Shown: positions 10,187 through 20,855 of the stretch, piece by piece | Layout: each line of letters starts with the position of its first letter | How positions within the stretch are numbered: position 1 is the stretch's first letter | Assembly (NCBI GenBank): GCA_963803805.1 | Contig: CAWDOD010000002.1 | Coordinates: forward strand, 416,001 to 480,000 | From: an uncultured cyanobacterium | Lineage (GTDB): Bacteria; Cyanobacteriota; Cyanobacteriia; Cyanobacteriales; CAWCAG01 | Length of the DNA: 64,000 nt | Direction of reading: 5' to 3' | Translations under genes and position numbers: made by a program | The notes under the pieces: model-generated | Told to the model about the DNA's origin: nothing | Database searches by the model: none | The model's input: the letters and a program-made list of their open reading frames with translations, nothing else

Positions 10187-11361
10187 CCACCCCTCCCACC
10201 AACCTGATAAAAACTCAGTAACTTCTCAACATTCAAAACCTGCTCCTCTGCCAAAAAAGAAGGCTCCTTAAAAATAGCCTTACCCAAAAAACGATTTACC
10301 CAATAGCCAAACTCCTTAAGAGAACGCTTAGGAAGCTTCAGTTTATAATCCAAATAGCTAAGCTCACCATCTGCATCCACTGGCCCTTTCCTAATCTCCT
10401 GAGAATCGTGACGCTTTTCCCCTTCTAAGATAAAAGGTATCGCTTCACCAAAAAAACGTACCCTAACCTTAACAAACTCTGCCTTCCCTTCTCTTTCACG
10501 CAACTGCTCTTCAAAATTGCCCAGATGAAGTCCCCAACCATTCTTGAGCAACTGCTTAGCAACCTCAAGACTAGCAAGCTGAACTTTAATTCCCCTAACC
10601 GCTTCGTTTAAAACTCGGAAGTGGTCATTAAAACGGTCTAACCTTGATATAGCTAAATGACCATCCTTATAGTTTTCGTGAAGAAGATACCAAGCGATAT
10701 CGTGATAAATTAACTGTAGAGGCCAAATCCTTTCATTAAAAAGACTTTGCCTTTTTTTACGAGGATTGCGGACACGTTTAATCTCTATACACTGCCCTTG
10801 TAGAATAGACTTCTCAATCTCTTCTAGTCTCTCGAACAAAGTACCTCTGTACTTGCCTTCCTTCATCATCTCTTCCGGACTAGTATAAACAATCACTCTA
10901 TTCAGTTGCGTTCTCACTGGATAATTAAACTCTTCCTCTAAGTTAAATAGCCTCAAACGCCTTTCTATCTTGCAATATGTTTGCCTTACTAAAGGATCTC
11001 CTTGATATTCCATCTGCGATCGCAAAGCATTAAGGGCTAAACGTAACTCCACCCTGTCTAAGGCTCCACTACCCAAATAGTAGCCCCAGCGATACATATC
11101 CCGTTCAAGAATACCGTAACAGCGTAGGGTAGCTAAATCCTTGCGTAGGGTATGAATTGAATAGGTAGGTAATTCTACTTCCAGTTCTCTAGCCACTTCT
11201 TGCATCATCAAAAGCACTTGTTCTAAAGGGTGTCGAACCGTAAGCAATTGATTATCTTTGCTACCAACCCCTGGATAACGAGCCAAGGTTGCAATCAAAA
11301 TCATCAACCTCTTGAAAGCTAGTAAATCACTATAGCGGTGGTAGATAGTTTTTTTCGTCAC
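10183..11361 (-). CDS. WYL-domain transcriptional regulator (HTH-WYL-WCX), CRISPR-associated
   Basis: N-terminal HTH-like YSIHTLRKDLATL, then WPLQLIYHDIAWYLL and RLDRF. Divergent from the cas operon. Confidence 0.88.
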   Translation of the reverse strand: MTKKTIYHRYSDLLAFKRLMILIATLARYPGVGSKDNQLLTVRHPLEQVLLMMQEVARELEVELPTYSIHTLRKDLATLRCYGILERDMYRWGYYLGSGALDRVELRLALNALRSQMEYQGDPLVRQTYCKIERRLRLFNLEEEFNYPVRTQLNRVIVYTSPEEMMKEGKYRGTLFERLEEIEKSILQGQCIEIKRVRNPRKKRQSLFNERIWPLQLIYHDIAWYLLHENYKDGHLAISRLDRFNDHFRVLNEAVRGIKVQLASLEVAKQLLKNGWGLHLGNFEEQLREREGKAEFVKVRVRFFGEAIPFILEGEKRHDSQEIRKGPVDADGELSYLDYKLKLPKRSLKEFGYWVNRFLGKAIFKEPSFLAEEQVLNVEKLLSFYQVGGRGG

Positions 11362-11575
11362 GAGAGTATGTCAAGGTAATAATAATATTGATTTTATTAA
11401 AAAATAATCTTTAAAAGCTTTATGGAGAAGGATTTTACAGTATTTTCAATAATCTAGACAAATATTATAATTTCCTGGGATTTCTCTATTACTTCTGATA
11501 GTATCTAAATTGAATAAAGCGAAAAGCGCTCTGGTCATCATCTCTAAACTGGAAAAACGACTCACGAAGTAAAAG

Positions 11576-13013
11576 ATGAAAACTTTAATCCTGCAAGTGT
11601 TAGGCAATAGTGATGTCCTTGTTGACTCCGATGAAGGAGCATCAAGACTACAAACAGCTTATACAGTAGAGAGAGGCCGAAGAAATAGCTCAGATGAACG
11701 ACGAGGAATTATTACCTGAACTAGAAAGAGTTGATTTTCCTCAAATTCGTCAAGTTTGGAATAATTATTCACAGCAAGAAGACGTTCATTTAGGGATTGT
11801 TTTAACAAAACAGAGCAGTTGGTTAAAAGACCACCAGAACCTGGAAAATCAAGCCATGCAAGAAATTATTGCCTCAGATGGCCATTGGTGGGGTAAAATT
11901 CTTCAAAGCTGGTGCAAACAACAGCAGATAAATTACCATCCTATCTATCTAGAAATTAATCCAGACATTCCCAAAGGTGCAGCCGATTGGGAGGGAATGG
12001 CGGAACTAGTTAATGTGCATTTTAATCAACTAGTTACCTGCAACAAGCAAGGACTTTTCTTTCAAAGTTCTCAAGACGAAAAAATAGAAATAGAAAAAAT
12101 CGTCATTCAACACAGTAGTGGTACTCCCGCTTTAAGTAGCGCCTTATATCTTTGGGGAATTGAACAAAAACTAGCTAAACAGACAATAGAATTTGTTTAT
12201 ATTTCTAAAGAAAACTCCCGTTACTATGCTCATCCAGGTGATCACTGGCGCTGGCGACTAAAAGTACCCCAAATTCAACAGCTAATTACTATTCAAGATT
12301 TTAGCGGTGTATTAGTAATTGCTGAAGACTATTTAGCTAAAGAGATTGAGCAGAAACTTAAGACCCTTGATTACGCTGTTTCTTTGAATGTAGCAGCTCT
12401 AAATCTAAACTTAGACCCCCAAGAAGAAGTTATCGAAAGGATGGCGATTGCACTATGGAGTGAACAAGCTTTCCGAGAGCGGGGGCAGTGGATGCACTGG
12501 TATATGAGAGTAGCAGGAGCTTTTGAGTTAGGGTTGTGGTGCTTAGTGGCGAAACAAAGTTCAGGTAGATATTACTGGCAAAGGGAAGGGGGAAAGCTTC
12601 AGTGCAGAGACTCAAGCAGCAATGGAAAATTTCTAGGTATTAACAAAGTAGTCAATCAACTCCTCAGCCAAGGTAATTGCGAGAACTACCAGGTTACTAA
12701 AATAGCCAACAACCCAGAATGGCATGATTTTAAACATTTTTACTGTAAAGATTGGGGAATAAACTCGAACACAGAAACAGCTTTTACCCACTTGCGTAAT
12801 AACCTTTATCACTCTTTGCAAGGGGACACAATCGACAAGCAACTAGACGAAGCAACTAAAAAATTTCATTCAGTGACTAACAAAAATCATCCCTCGGAAA
12901 TCGCCGTACACTGGCTAAGACAAATTATCTATTTAGCTGATCTACCGACTCAAGTCAATCAACGCATCAAGCACTATCAAAACTTAGCTTCAGAAGTACA
13001 GGAGAGCCTTTGA
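11576..13013 (+). CDS. Putative CARF-HEPN ribonuclease (divergent Csm6/Csx1-like), about 478 aa; +1 indel near 11668-11675
   Basis: Start MKTLILQVLGNSDV at 11576 joins the tracked ORF across an AG-repeat indel. CARF-like HSSGTPALSSAL and C-terminal RNNLYH (R-x4-H HEPN motif). Stop overlaps the cas10 start. Confidence 0.65.
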
Positions 13014-15254
13014 TGAAATTAGAAGCTTGGCTGCAACGTCAAAGAAAACTGTATCAGCAAGTACCCCAAGAAACTCCTACTTTCTCTATTCATCCTACTA
13101 GCGGAAAATGGCAAAAATCTCCTCACTTACGGTCGCAATTTTGGTGGGGAGGTGGTGCAACCCAAGAAACAGCTCAACAACTACAGCAAATAGATACAAA
13201 CTTAACCCAACTAGGAGTACTCACCTTTGGCCCAGTACAAACTTTCTTAGGTAGTGGTCAAAGACTAAGGGATTGGGCAGTAGGCTTTTGGTTATGCCAT
13301 TACCTTAGTGCAGTAATTATCTATCGTTGGGAACAACAAGGAGGCAAAGTATTGCTACCCTTGCATCGTTCTGTACCTCTAGTGCAATGGCTCAAAAAAC
13401 AACAGTTTCCTAGTGATGAATCTTTTTGGCAAGCAGAATTGCCCAATGTCTTCACAGGGATTTTTCCAGAGGAACAGGGATGGCTACAAAATCTCAAGAA
13501 CTTAGTACAGAGGGAATGGCATGACTTGATCCGTAGTTTAGAAAAATCTGCGAATCGCCTATGAGCCAAAACTGTTAGATGGGGTAGGATGGCAGGTGAT
13601 TCATGGAGACTGCAAATACCTCTGGTCATCCTACATCAGCCAAGCCCCCCTCGAATCAGGCAATTCAGAAGCTATCACAGCCACCTTAGCACAACTACAT
13701 CAACACTTAGAAGCTCAAAAAATAGGACGTAGCTGGCAAAAGCAGTGGTGGGCCGGTAAAACCAGTCCAAGTGCAGGACATCTTTCTATTTGGCATCCTG
13801 GCTTAAAGCCAATCAACAAAGGTGGCAAGTGGGGATTGCCAGAGGATCATTTAGAAAACTGGTGGGAAAAACTCGCTAAACGACAAGAAAGTCATCTGGC
13901 TGGTTTATTTTCTGAAAGTGACCGCCTCAACAGTTTGGAGATGATCAAACGCTTAGTATCTATACCAGATATTATCATTCCTACCTTAGCCAATCTGTGG
14001 GCTGACCGGGAACCTTTACCTCCTTGCCCTTGGGGCAGATTTCCTGACCGCACTGCTGCTGCTGCGGCTTGGATAGCTGATGCTGGAGTTGATCCTCTAG
14101 TTTGGAATCAAAACATCACTGCTTTAGAAAAAGACTATTTTTCTAACTCCTCTAATCAAATAAAGAAATGGGGAATGCCAAAGATAGACAGCAACAAACA
14201 GTTTAATCATCCCCGTGCCTTAGAACGACGCAATATCGAAGACAAGGAACTACTAGAAATTTGGGATAGTGAGCTACCCAAAGGCTGGGAAAGCACCATA
14301 GAATGGACTGTCGGCTGGCGAGGTGACGGGGATAAAGTGAGTGAGTGGCTTTCTGGAAAAAAATATGCTGACCTCAAGCTACTTTGGTCACAATGGCATC
14401 TTACCCCAGAAATCATTAACCAAGAAAACCTAGCAGTTACCCAGCCGGAAATACCATCTGACTCCAGACAAATAGATTTACCCCATATGCTGGATATTTC
14501 TGTACTTTTTGGGCTGTGGAATAAGTTACTCTATGCCATAACCGAAGAACATCACAACAGCAAGGTGATTTTTGCCGGAGGTGACGACTTTCTACTCCTT
14601 GGCCCCCTCACTGAGGCAATCCCCTTAACCAGCGAATTACATCACCTATGGGAAGGAAAAGGCACACCTATTACAAACCCTTTAACTACGCCAATTAATG
14701 GTTGGGTCAACTATCAAGACCAAGTGTATCCTGTTCCTGGACAACAAATGAGTTTTAGTTTGGGTTTGGTTATTGCTCAAAGACGTATTCCTCAATCTTT
14801 ATGGCATCGAGGTTTAAATTCTGCCTACAAAGAAGCAAAAAACAAGGGGCGCGATCGCGTTTGCGTGGAAGTACTTTTTAATAGTGGTCAATCATTGCAA
14901 TGGACTTGTCCTTGGCGTTTGTGGCACTTATTAATGGGAGTAGAAGCTCAACAGCAGGACAAGACAGAGTTGAATGTTTGGGAAAAGCTTCTGTTTTACC
15001 TAGAAACTACTAACTTAGAAGTCAACTCTGTTATCACAGTACGAGAACTCCTTGATACTCTTTGGGCTAGTGTAGGACTGCCTTTGCAATGGAAGCAAGT
15101 AGAAGAGTTAGCAACAGGCATGGATATACGTCAAGAAATTGGTTCTTGGCAATGGTGGAAAAATTGGTTGGCATTCCGTGCTTTTTTAGCCCGTCAAGCA
15201 AGAGAACGACAAAACTGGCTACAAAGATTGCAAGAGCAAGGAGCGAAACCTTGA
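13010..15254 (+). CDS. cas10: Type III-B Cas10/Cmr2, no HD domain; +1 indel at 13550-13558
   Basis: TFGPVQTFL...RLRDW (Cmr2 N-terminus), ELPNVF, GDGD and FAGGDDFL palm motifs. The two tracked ORFs fuse if GCGAATCGC is read as GCGATCGC. Confidence 0.9.
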
Positions 15255-16237
15255 CTAACTGGTATTCTATCACTCCTTCTAGTCCCCTAACTATTGGAAA
15301 CTTAACTCCTGTAGGGCAGAATAGCGGTCAAGTAGGCTGTCGCTGGCCCCCTAACGGTCATCATTTAGCTGCTTGTCTAAAACTAGATAAGAAAAATCAA
15401 CTCTGGGGGCCTTTTTGGTATCGAGGAGGTAATGAGTTCTATGTCACTTTACCTCTAACTGTTTACACCGTTGTTAAAGGGAAGCAAAGTTCTGAGCAGC
15501 TACCTAAGAATATGTATCGCTTGGTTTGGGATGACACAACAGGTATGTGGAGCAAGCAACCTGAACACCAAAAAGAAGAAATTGAAATTATTGGTGGTTG
15601 TTATCTAATTAATACACAAGCTTTGAGAAATTTTTGGCAATCAGGAAAAGTAGCTAATAACCCTTGTCTAGTAAAAATGCCTTGGGAAACTTTAACCCTT
15701 AGCCATAATAGCCGTGAAAATTTTCAAGTCAAAGATGAGGGAGGTTTCTTTGCTGAGATGACCACTTTGCTGGAACCGGGTTGGTCGATATTAGTAAAAA
15801 TTATTGGGGATGCAGAAGAAACACCAAAATTAAGCACCCTTGGTGCAGGGGGAACACCTGTAGTTATAAAGCCTGTAAATTCCCCAAAGTCCTGGGAGCA
15901 AATTGGTGAGAAAAAAGAGAATGCAATAGGAGCAATCCTACTGACTGGGGCTTTATGGCAGAAAGGAACTCAGCCTATTTCTTTGCCGTATCCCTACTCA
16001 AAAGTTAAAGCCTATGGTGCTGAAGAGCCTATCCCTTGGCAATCCTGGAAAAAGGTGCGCGATCGCAAAGAACCTAACAATAGTGACAACAAAGTCAAGG
16101 TTTTAACACCAGGGGAATGGTTAACTCCTCCAGGGGCAGTTTATTTGTGGCAGGAGGCAACTACTGGTCAATCAGGGCCCTTTCCTGACCCTTTTCATCG
16201 GGATGCTTTAGGTTATGGTCACTTGTGGTTATTTTGA
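15251..16237 (+). CDS. cmr3: Cmr3 (Cas5 group)
   Basis: Likely TTG start overlapping the cas10 stop. WPPNG, LWGPFW, LGAGG, PPGAVY and terminal LGYG loop. Confidence 0.8.
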   Translation: MTNWYSITPSSPLTIGNLTPVGQNSGQVGCRWPPNGHHLAACLKLDKKNQLWGPFWYRGGNEFYVTLPLTVYTVVKGKQSSEQLPKNMYRLVWDDTTGMWSKQPEHQKEEIEIIGGCYLINTQALRNFWQSGKVANNPCLVKMPWETLTLSHNSRENFQVKDEGGFFAEMTTLLEPGWSILVKIIGDAEETPKLSTLGAGGTPVVIKPVNSPKSWEQIGEKKENAIGAILLTGALWQKGTQPISLPYPYSKVKAYGAEEPIPWQSWKKVRDRKEPNNSDNKVKVLTPGEWLTPPGAVYLWQEATTGQSGPFPDPFHRDALGYGHLWLF

Positions 16238-16249
16238 GGATAAACATTA

Positions 16250-17036
16250 ATGTCTATAGAATGGTTAATTTGTCAAGAACCAGTGCATATTGGTGGAGCT
16301 GATAGTAGTTCTAGGGGAAATAATAACCCTGTCTTTCGTCTTCCAGACCGTAGCCCAGCTATTCCTGGTAGCTCCTTACGAGGGGCTTTAAGGGAACACG
16401 CCAAGGCAGATAGTAAATATAAAGGATATGTAGATAATTGGTTTGGAGGAGAAGGAGAAAGTATTTCCCCTGGTTGTATTTCCCTTAGTTGGGGCTGGCC
16501 CAGTATGGTGGCCTGTTCATGTCCTTGGTTATGGAAGTTGGTGGGTTAGTTGTCTAAGTTGGTTAAACCGCTTTCGACAGTTATCCGGTGAGAATGCCCT
16601 TAACTTAGAATCTAACAAGGTTTACATTACTCAATCAGAATTGAAAGATCAGACTATTTTCTTGCGATGGTTAAAGCTAACTAATGTAGATTACCCAGAA
16701 TATAGCTTACCAGCCCCTACAGACATACCTAAAGATCGTCGAATTATTGTTCCAGATGACAGCATTAATCTTTTAGTTGACATGGGAATAGTACGACAGC
16801 CAAGAGTAAGTCTCCGGGATGAACCTGACAAAGACGGCTCATTGGTAGAGCATCTTTTTGCAGTGGAAGGGTTTCCTCCTGGTGCAGTCTTTAGTTTGTC
16901 TTGGGCTATTAGAGGAGAAGAAGTTAAGGACCCTCAAAAATGGTCAGAGTTTTTACATAACGAGCATTTCCTCGGTGGCTTGTGGAGTGTAGGCTATGGA
17001 CGCATTAATGTTGTTGCTGTTGAGGGAGGGAAGTGA
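16250..17036 (+). CDS. cmr4: Cmr4 (Cas7 group RAMP); +1 indel near 16497-16502
   Basis: PVHIGG...PAIPGSSLRGALR...WFG, then PVWWPV, LFAVEGFP and LGGLWSVGYGR G-rich loop once the two ORFs are joined. Confidence 0.85.
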
Positions 17037-17464
17037 TGGGAGTCATTCACTATGAGTTGGATAAGAAAGTATTTGAAAAACTTAAGCAAGGTAAAGAAAC
17101 CTTAAAAGACTGGCAAGGGGCTGCTAGTGGTATTGCTGACTACGTGGCTAGCTGGGGCTTGGAAAGGTTTTGGGCAATGTCGCGATCGCCTGTTCTTAAG
17201 GAAGGGAGTATTCCAGAAGCTGATGCTGGAAAGAATGAGGAAAGACGTTATTTTGCTTGGGATGTGGCTAGGTTAGTTCTGTGTGAATTGATTCGCGATG
17301 AGTTAAATATAAGCTCAGATATGACTACCCAAGAGTTTCAGGAACAGCTAGCCAAACTCAATTTTAATGAGCAGGTTTTGCTAGCAGATTTGCTAATGGA
17401 GATTTCTGCCACTATTCAGTTTTGGACAATGCGTCTTAGGGATGCTAAAGACAAGGAGGTTTGA
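17033..17464 (+). CDS. cmr5: Cmr5 / Cas11 small subunit (putative)
   Basis: 143-aa helical protein between cmr4 and the RAMP fusion; YVASWGLERFW and terminal IQFW. Confidence 0.65.
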   Translation: MMGVIHYELDKKVFEKLKQGKETLKDWQGAASGIADYVASWGLERFWAMSRSPVLKEGSIPEADAGKNEERRYFAWDVARLVLCELIRDELNISSDMTTQEFQEQLAKLNFNEQVLLADLLMEISATIQFWTMRLRDAKDKEV

Positions 17465-17520
17465 TTCGACTCAACAATCAAAAGCTAATAGTTTAGAAAA
17501 ATATTTGAGGAGTAAATTTT

Positions 17521-19110
17521 ATGAGTAAAAGTTCAACTTTACCGACACAAAGACCCAAATGGTATGATGTTCAAGCTACCAATGATGGAAGGGAAGAATA
17601 TAGAGGTTGGACACCACAAACTAGTGACATTGTTGCTGCAAAAAAGGAAAATCATGATGTCGTTTATGCTTGGAATGGTGATTATTCCCCCCACCCAGCC
17701 AAAGATTATACAGTGAAGCTAGACAGGCTTAAGGTTATCAGTCCTATTCAAATTGGCGGTGACAGCTTTTTTGAAGGTGGGACTTTACCAGCTCAGGTTG
17801 GTGGTGTACCTTGGATACCTGGTTCTAGTGTTCGGGGAGCTTTGCTCAACTGGTTGCATCAGCAATGGGTTAATCTGAAGACAGAGGAACAAAGGTTTTG
17901 GTTAACTCTGATGAGTTCTGATCGCAAGAGTTGGCAACCGAAGAAGATTCGTTTTGAGAGTGTTTTGTTGAAGGAGCTTCGACCCTTTCCCCTCAACCCT
18001 CAACAGAAATGGCAGGTTTTCGACGACCCTAAAAGCAGGAAAAAGCTTGGTATACAGTGGCAAGTTGCCCCGAAACACCCTCCTAATCCTTATGCTGCGG
18101 ATAAGTTTACTTTGCAAGTGTTGCTAAAAGATTCACCGACAGAGGAGGAGAAAAAATTCTTAGAGACTGCTTTAGTGACCATGCTAGAAGAGCAGGGAGT
18201 TGGCCGAGGTACAAAGAGTGGTTTTGGTCGCTTGGCTCAGAAAGTTCCTTCAGGAAAGTGGGAAATTAAGCTAGAAGGAATGAAACCTTGCTATCAAGTT
18301 CATAACAATTCTGAAAACATAACTGGTAAGTATCGCTGGAGTCCCCAAGTCTTGAGGGCTAGCTTAAGGGGCTATTTTCTCCGTTTAGCTTTGAGGATAC
18401 TGGAAAAAAAAGATGCACAAAAACTTACTAGTACTATTTTTGGAGAGCTAAAATCCCCTGCTCGATTAGTGTTAACTAGCTATCTTAAGCCAATCAGCAG
18501 ACAAAATTTTGGTACAAAATCAGATAGGAACTATGGCAATATGCCTGCTAAAGAACCCCATGAAGTTTGGCTAATTGATGTGGATTGCAACTCACCATTC
18601 CAAGATTTGATTGGTCATCTGTTAGAGTTAGCCAGTCGCTTAGGAGGGCTTGGCCCCGGTTGGCGCAGACCTCCTCATGTTATGAGTCACAACGTTTTCC
18701 GAGGTAGCCAGTTTTCTTACACTCCCGATTTTTCCAATTTAAACTTATCTGATCTGATTGCTCATTTACTAAGTTTACTCAAGGAGTTAGCAAGGCAAAA
18801 TAATCTTGCTTTGCTGTCTCCAGTTGAGCCTAGCAAGATAAATTCCTCTCCGAGGGCAGCTAGAGAGCTAATCAAAGGAGCCTTGTTAAGCATTTGGCAG
18901 GGAAAAAAAGAGCAATGGCGAGAGATTGTTCATGGAGTTTGTAGTACTAGCAAGGGTGCAGATAAACCAGGTTGGTGTGGTAGTACGAATGAGCGTACTT
19001 CTGGTTATGCAGTAAGAGAGTATGAAGATTATTGCTTGATTTCTGTTTTTGATTCGGAGGTAGAAGGCACTTTGCAAGACGAGGAATTTGAGAAAATTTG
19101 GTCTGGTTGA
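17521..19110 (+). CDS. Double-RAMP Cmr6-Cmr1 fusion
   Basis: RAMP 1: PWIPGSSVRGAL...GVGRGTKSGFG. RAMP 2: PQVLRASLRGYFLR...IFG...LGGLGPGWRR. Such a fusion characterises subtype III-Bv. Confidence 0.8.
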   Translation: MSKSSTLPTQRPKWYDVQATNDGREEYRGWTPQTSDIVAAKKENHDVVYAWNGDYSPHPAKDYTVKLDRLKVISPIQIGGDSFFEGGTLPAQVGGVPWIPGSSVRGALLNWLHQQWVNLKTEEQRFWLTLMSSDRKSWQPKKIRFESVLLKELRPFPLNPQQKWQVFDDPKSRKKLGIQWQVAPKHPPNPYAADKFTLQVLLKDSPTEEEKKFLETALVTMLEEQGVGRGTKSGFGRLAQKVPSGKWEIKLEGMKPCYQVHNNSENITGKYRWSPQVLRASLRGYFLRLALRILEKKDAQKLTSTIFGELKSPARLVLTSYLKPISRQNFGTKSDRNYGNMPAKEPHEVWLIDVDCNSPFQDLIGHLLELASRLGGLGPGWRRPPHVMSHNVFRGSQFSYTPDFSNLNLSDLIAHLLSLLKELARQNNLALLSPVEPSKINSSPRAARELIKGALLSIWQGKKEQWREIVHGVCSTSKGADKPGWCGSTNERTSGYAVREYEDYCLISVFDSEVEGTLQDEEFEKIWSG

Positions 19111-19194
19111 GGTACTTTGCTTTGCATTAATTCTGGTTGTGATTTTGGAAAAGCAAGCTTAGGGTATACAGGAAATAGTAGGAGAGAAATTGAG

Positions 19195-19560
19195 GTGCTG
19201 AAAAAATCTACTAACTTATTAGCCATGGTTGCGATCGCACTAGGAATAGAATTGTTTTCCTACCTGCTTCAGAAACAGCTAGTACCAGAAACAAAAGAAG
19301 TTATATTACTGCCCTCTCAAGGCATTACTAAGCTTACTAATAACACAGGTACTCTTGAGTCTAGTGCCAGTTTAGCTTCACCTAATGTAGGTGTAGAGAA
19401 AAATGAAGGTTTGTTTGCCTGTCTAGAAACTGACTGCAATTGCTCTGATTTTAGCACTCAAGCAGAAGCAAAAGCTGTACTGGATGCAGAACCAGGAGAT
19501 CCACATCGTCTAGATGCGAACGGTGATGGTATTCCCTGTGAAAGTCTAAGTAATAGGTAA
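19195..19560 (+). CDS. Membrane-anchored/secreted Excalibur calcium-binding domain protein
   Basis: Probable GTG start at 19195, hydrophobic N-terminal segment, C-terminal DCNCSDFSTQAEA...DPHRLDANGDGIPCESL. Confidence 0.8.
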   Translation: MLKKSTNLLAMVAIALGIELFSYLLQKQLVPETKEVILLPSQGITKLTNNTGTLESSASLASPNVGVEKNEGLFACLETDCNCSDFSTQAEAKAVLDAEPGDPHRLDANGDGIPCESLSNR

Positions 19561-19595
19561 ATTGAATTGTAAAATCAGGAATTAGTCAGGGAAAA

Positions 19596-19865
19596 ATGTT
19601 TATCTCATCTCGTGCTGCACAAGTGCGTAGCCTTCTCGTAGCATCTATTAACGGTAGTATTACCTTAATTATTTTACTCATTGCCCCTTTAGGTCTAGCA
19701 GCAGTGATTATCAACACTCTGCTAGTAACCCTTGCCAGCTATGGAATGTCTCAGACAGTAGATAAAGTGATAGTTTGGCTATCTTTATCTTTTAATCCAA
19801 CTACTGACTCTCATACCCATAATCGAGTTGCAAGTAAAAGTAAAATAATGAAGAAGAGATTATGA
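19596..19865 (+). CDS. csx18: CRISPR-associated membrane protein Csx18
   Basis: INGSITLIILLIAPLGLAAVIINT two-TM signature; stop overlaps the cas1 start. Confidence 0.75.
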   Translation: MFISSRAAQVRSLLVASINGSITLIILLIAPLGLAAVIINTLLVTLASYGMSQTVDKVIVWLSLSFNPTTDSHTHNRVASKSKIMKKRL

Positions 19866-20855
19866 GGACTTTGTATGTGTCCCAGCAGGGATGCTATGTT
19901 TCCCTTTGCCAAGAAATTTTGAGAGTTAAAAAAGGAGATACAACCTATGCTGAGGTAAAGTTACCTCTGATAGAGCAGCTCCTCATCTTTGGGAAATCCC
20001 AAATTACAACTCAAGCTATCCATGCTTGTCTATGGCGTAATATTCCTATTGCTTATCTTTCTCGGATGGGCTACTGTTACGGGAAAGTTACTTCTATCAA
20101 GAAAGGATATCGCTATCTATCTAAATATCAACAGGAGCTAAACTTTGCTGATAGATTTAGAGTAGCTAAGGCAATTGTACAAGCGAAGTTAAAAAACAGT
20201 CAGGTTCTTTTGAGGAGGCAATCACGAAAACATGAATCAGCAGAAGTTACTAAGGTAATAGAGAACCTAAACTACTACGCTTGTCGAGCTAAAGAAGCTA
20301 ACTCTTTGGAGCAGTTAATGGGCTTTGAAGGAGCAGGTGCAGCAGAGTATTTTTCTATTTTAGGGCAATTTTTTTCTCAAAAAGACTTTGTATTTACCGC
20401 TCGGACTCGCCGTCCACCAAGGAATGAGGTCAATGCAATGCTTAGCTTTGGCTATCAAGTTATTTGGAATCATCTTTTAGCATTAATAGAGTTAAATGAT
20501 CTCTGATCCTTATCAAGCCTGTTTGCATCAGGGGACGGAGCGTCATGCTGCTCTAGCTAGTGATTTGATAGAAGAATTTCGAGGGCCTATGGTCGATTCT
20601 TTAGTTTTATATTTGATTAATCGCCAAATCATAAAAGTCAATAAAGATTTTCTTTTTGAGAATGGTATCTGTCACCTCAATAACTCCGGAAGAAAAAAGT
20701 ATTTGCAGAGCTTCGTTAATAAGATGGAGGAATCAGTTTCTACTTCTGAAGGTGGCAACATTCCTAGATGGAGCTTGCTTAATCAACAGGTGAAGATGTA
20801 CAAACAGTTTGTTTATCAACCTAGTTCTATCTATAAACCGTTTCGTATTCGATGA
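19862..20855 (+). CDS. cas1: Cas1, about 330 aa; +1 indel near 20501-20504
   Basis: TLYVSQQG, LMGFEGAGAAEYF, RRPPRNEVNAMLSFGY, then DPYQACLH...ALASDLIEEFR in the next frame. Confidence 0.93.

Noticed and set aside
9609-10202. Minus-strand ORFs of 62 and 110 aa with repeated FQLLYFLMEVVT / VSTPLLPNGSRY
   Set aside because: Translations of CRISPR repeats and spacers, not genes.
11576-20855. Programmed ribosomal frameshifting or phase variation as the cause of the split cas genes
   Set aside because: No shared slippery motif or long repeat tract, and similar indels occur in unrelated genes. Consensus error is more parsimonious, pending reads.
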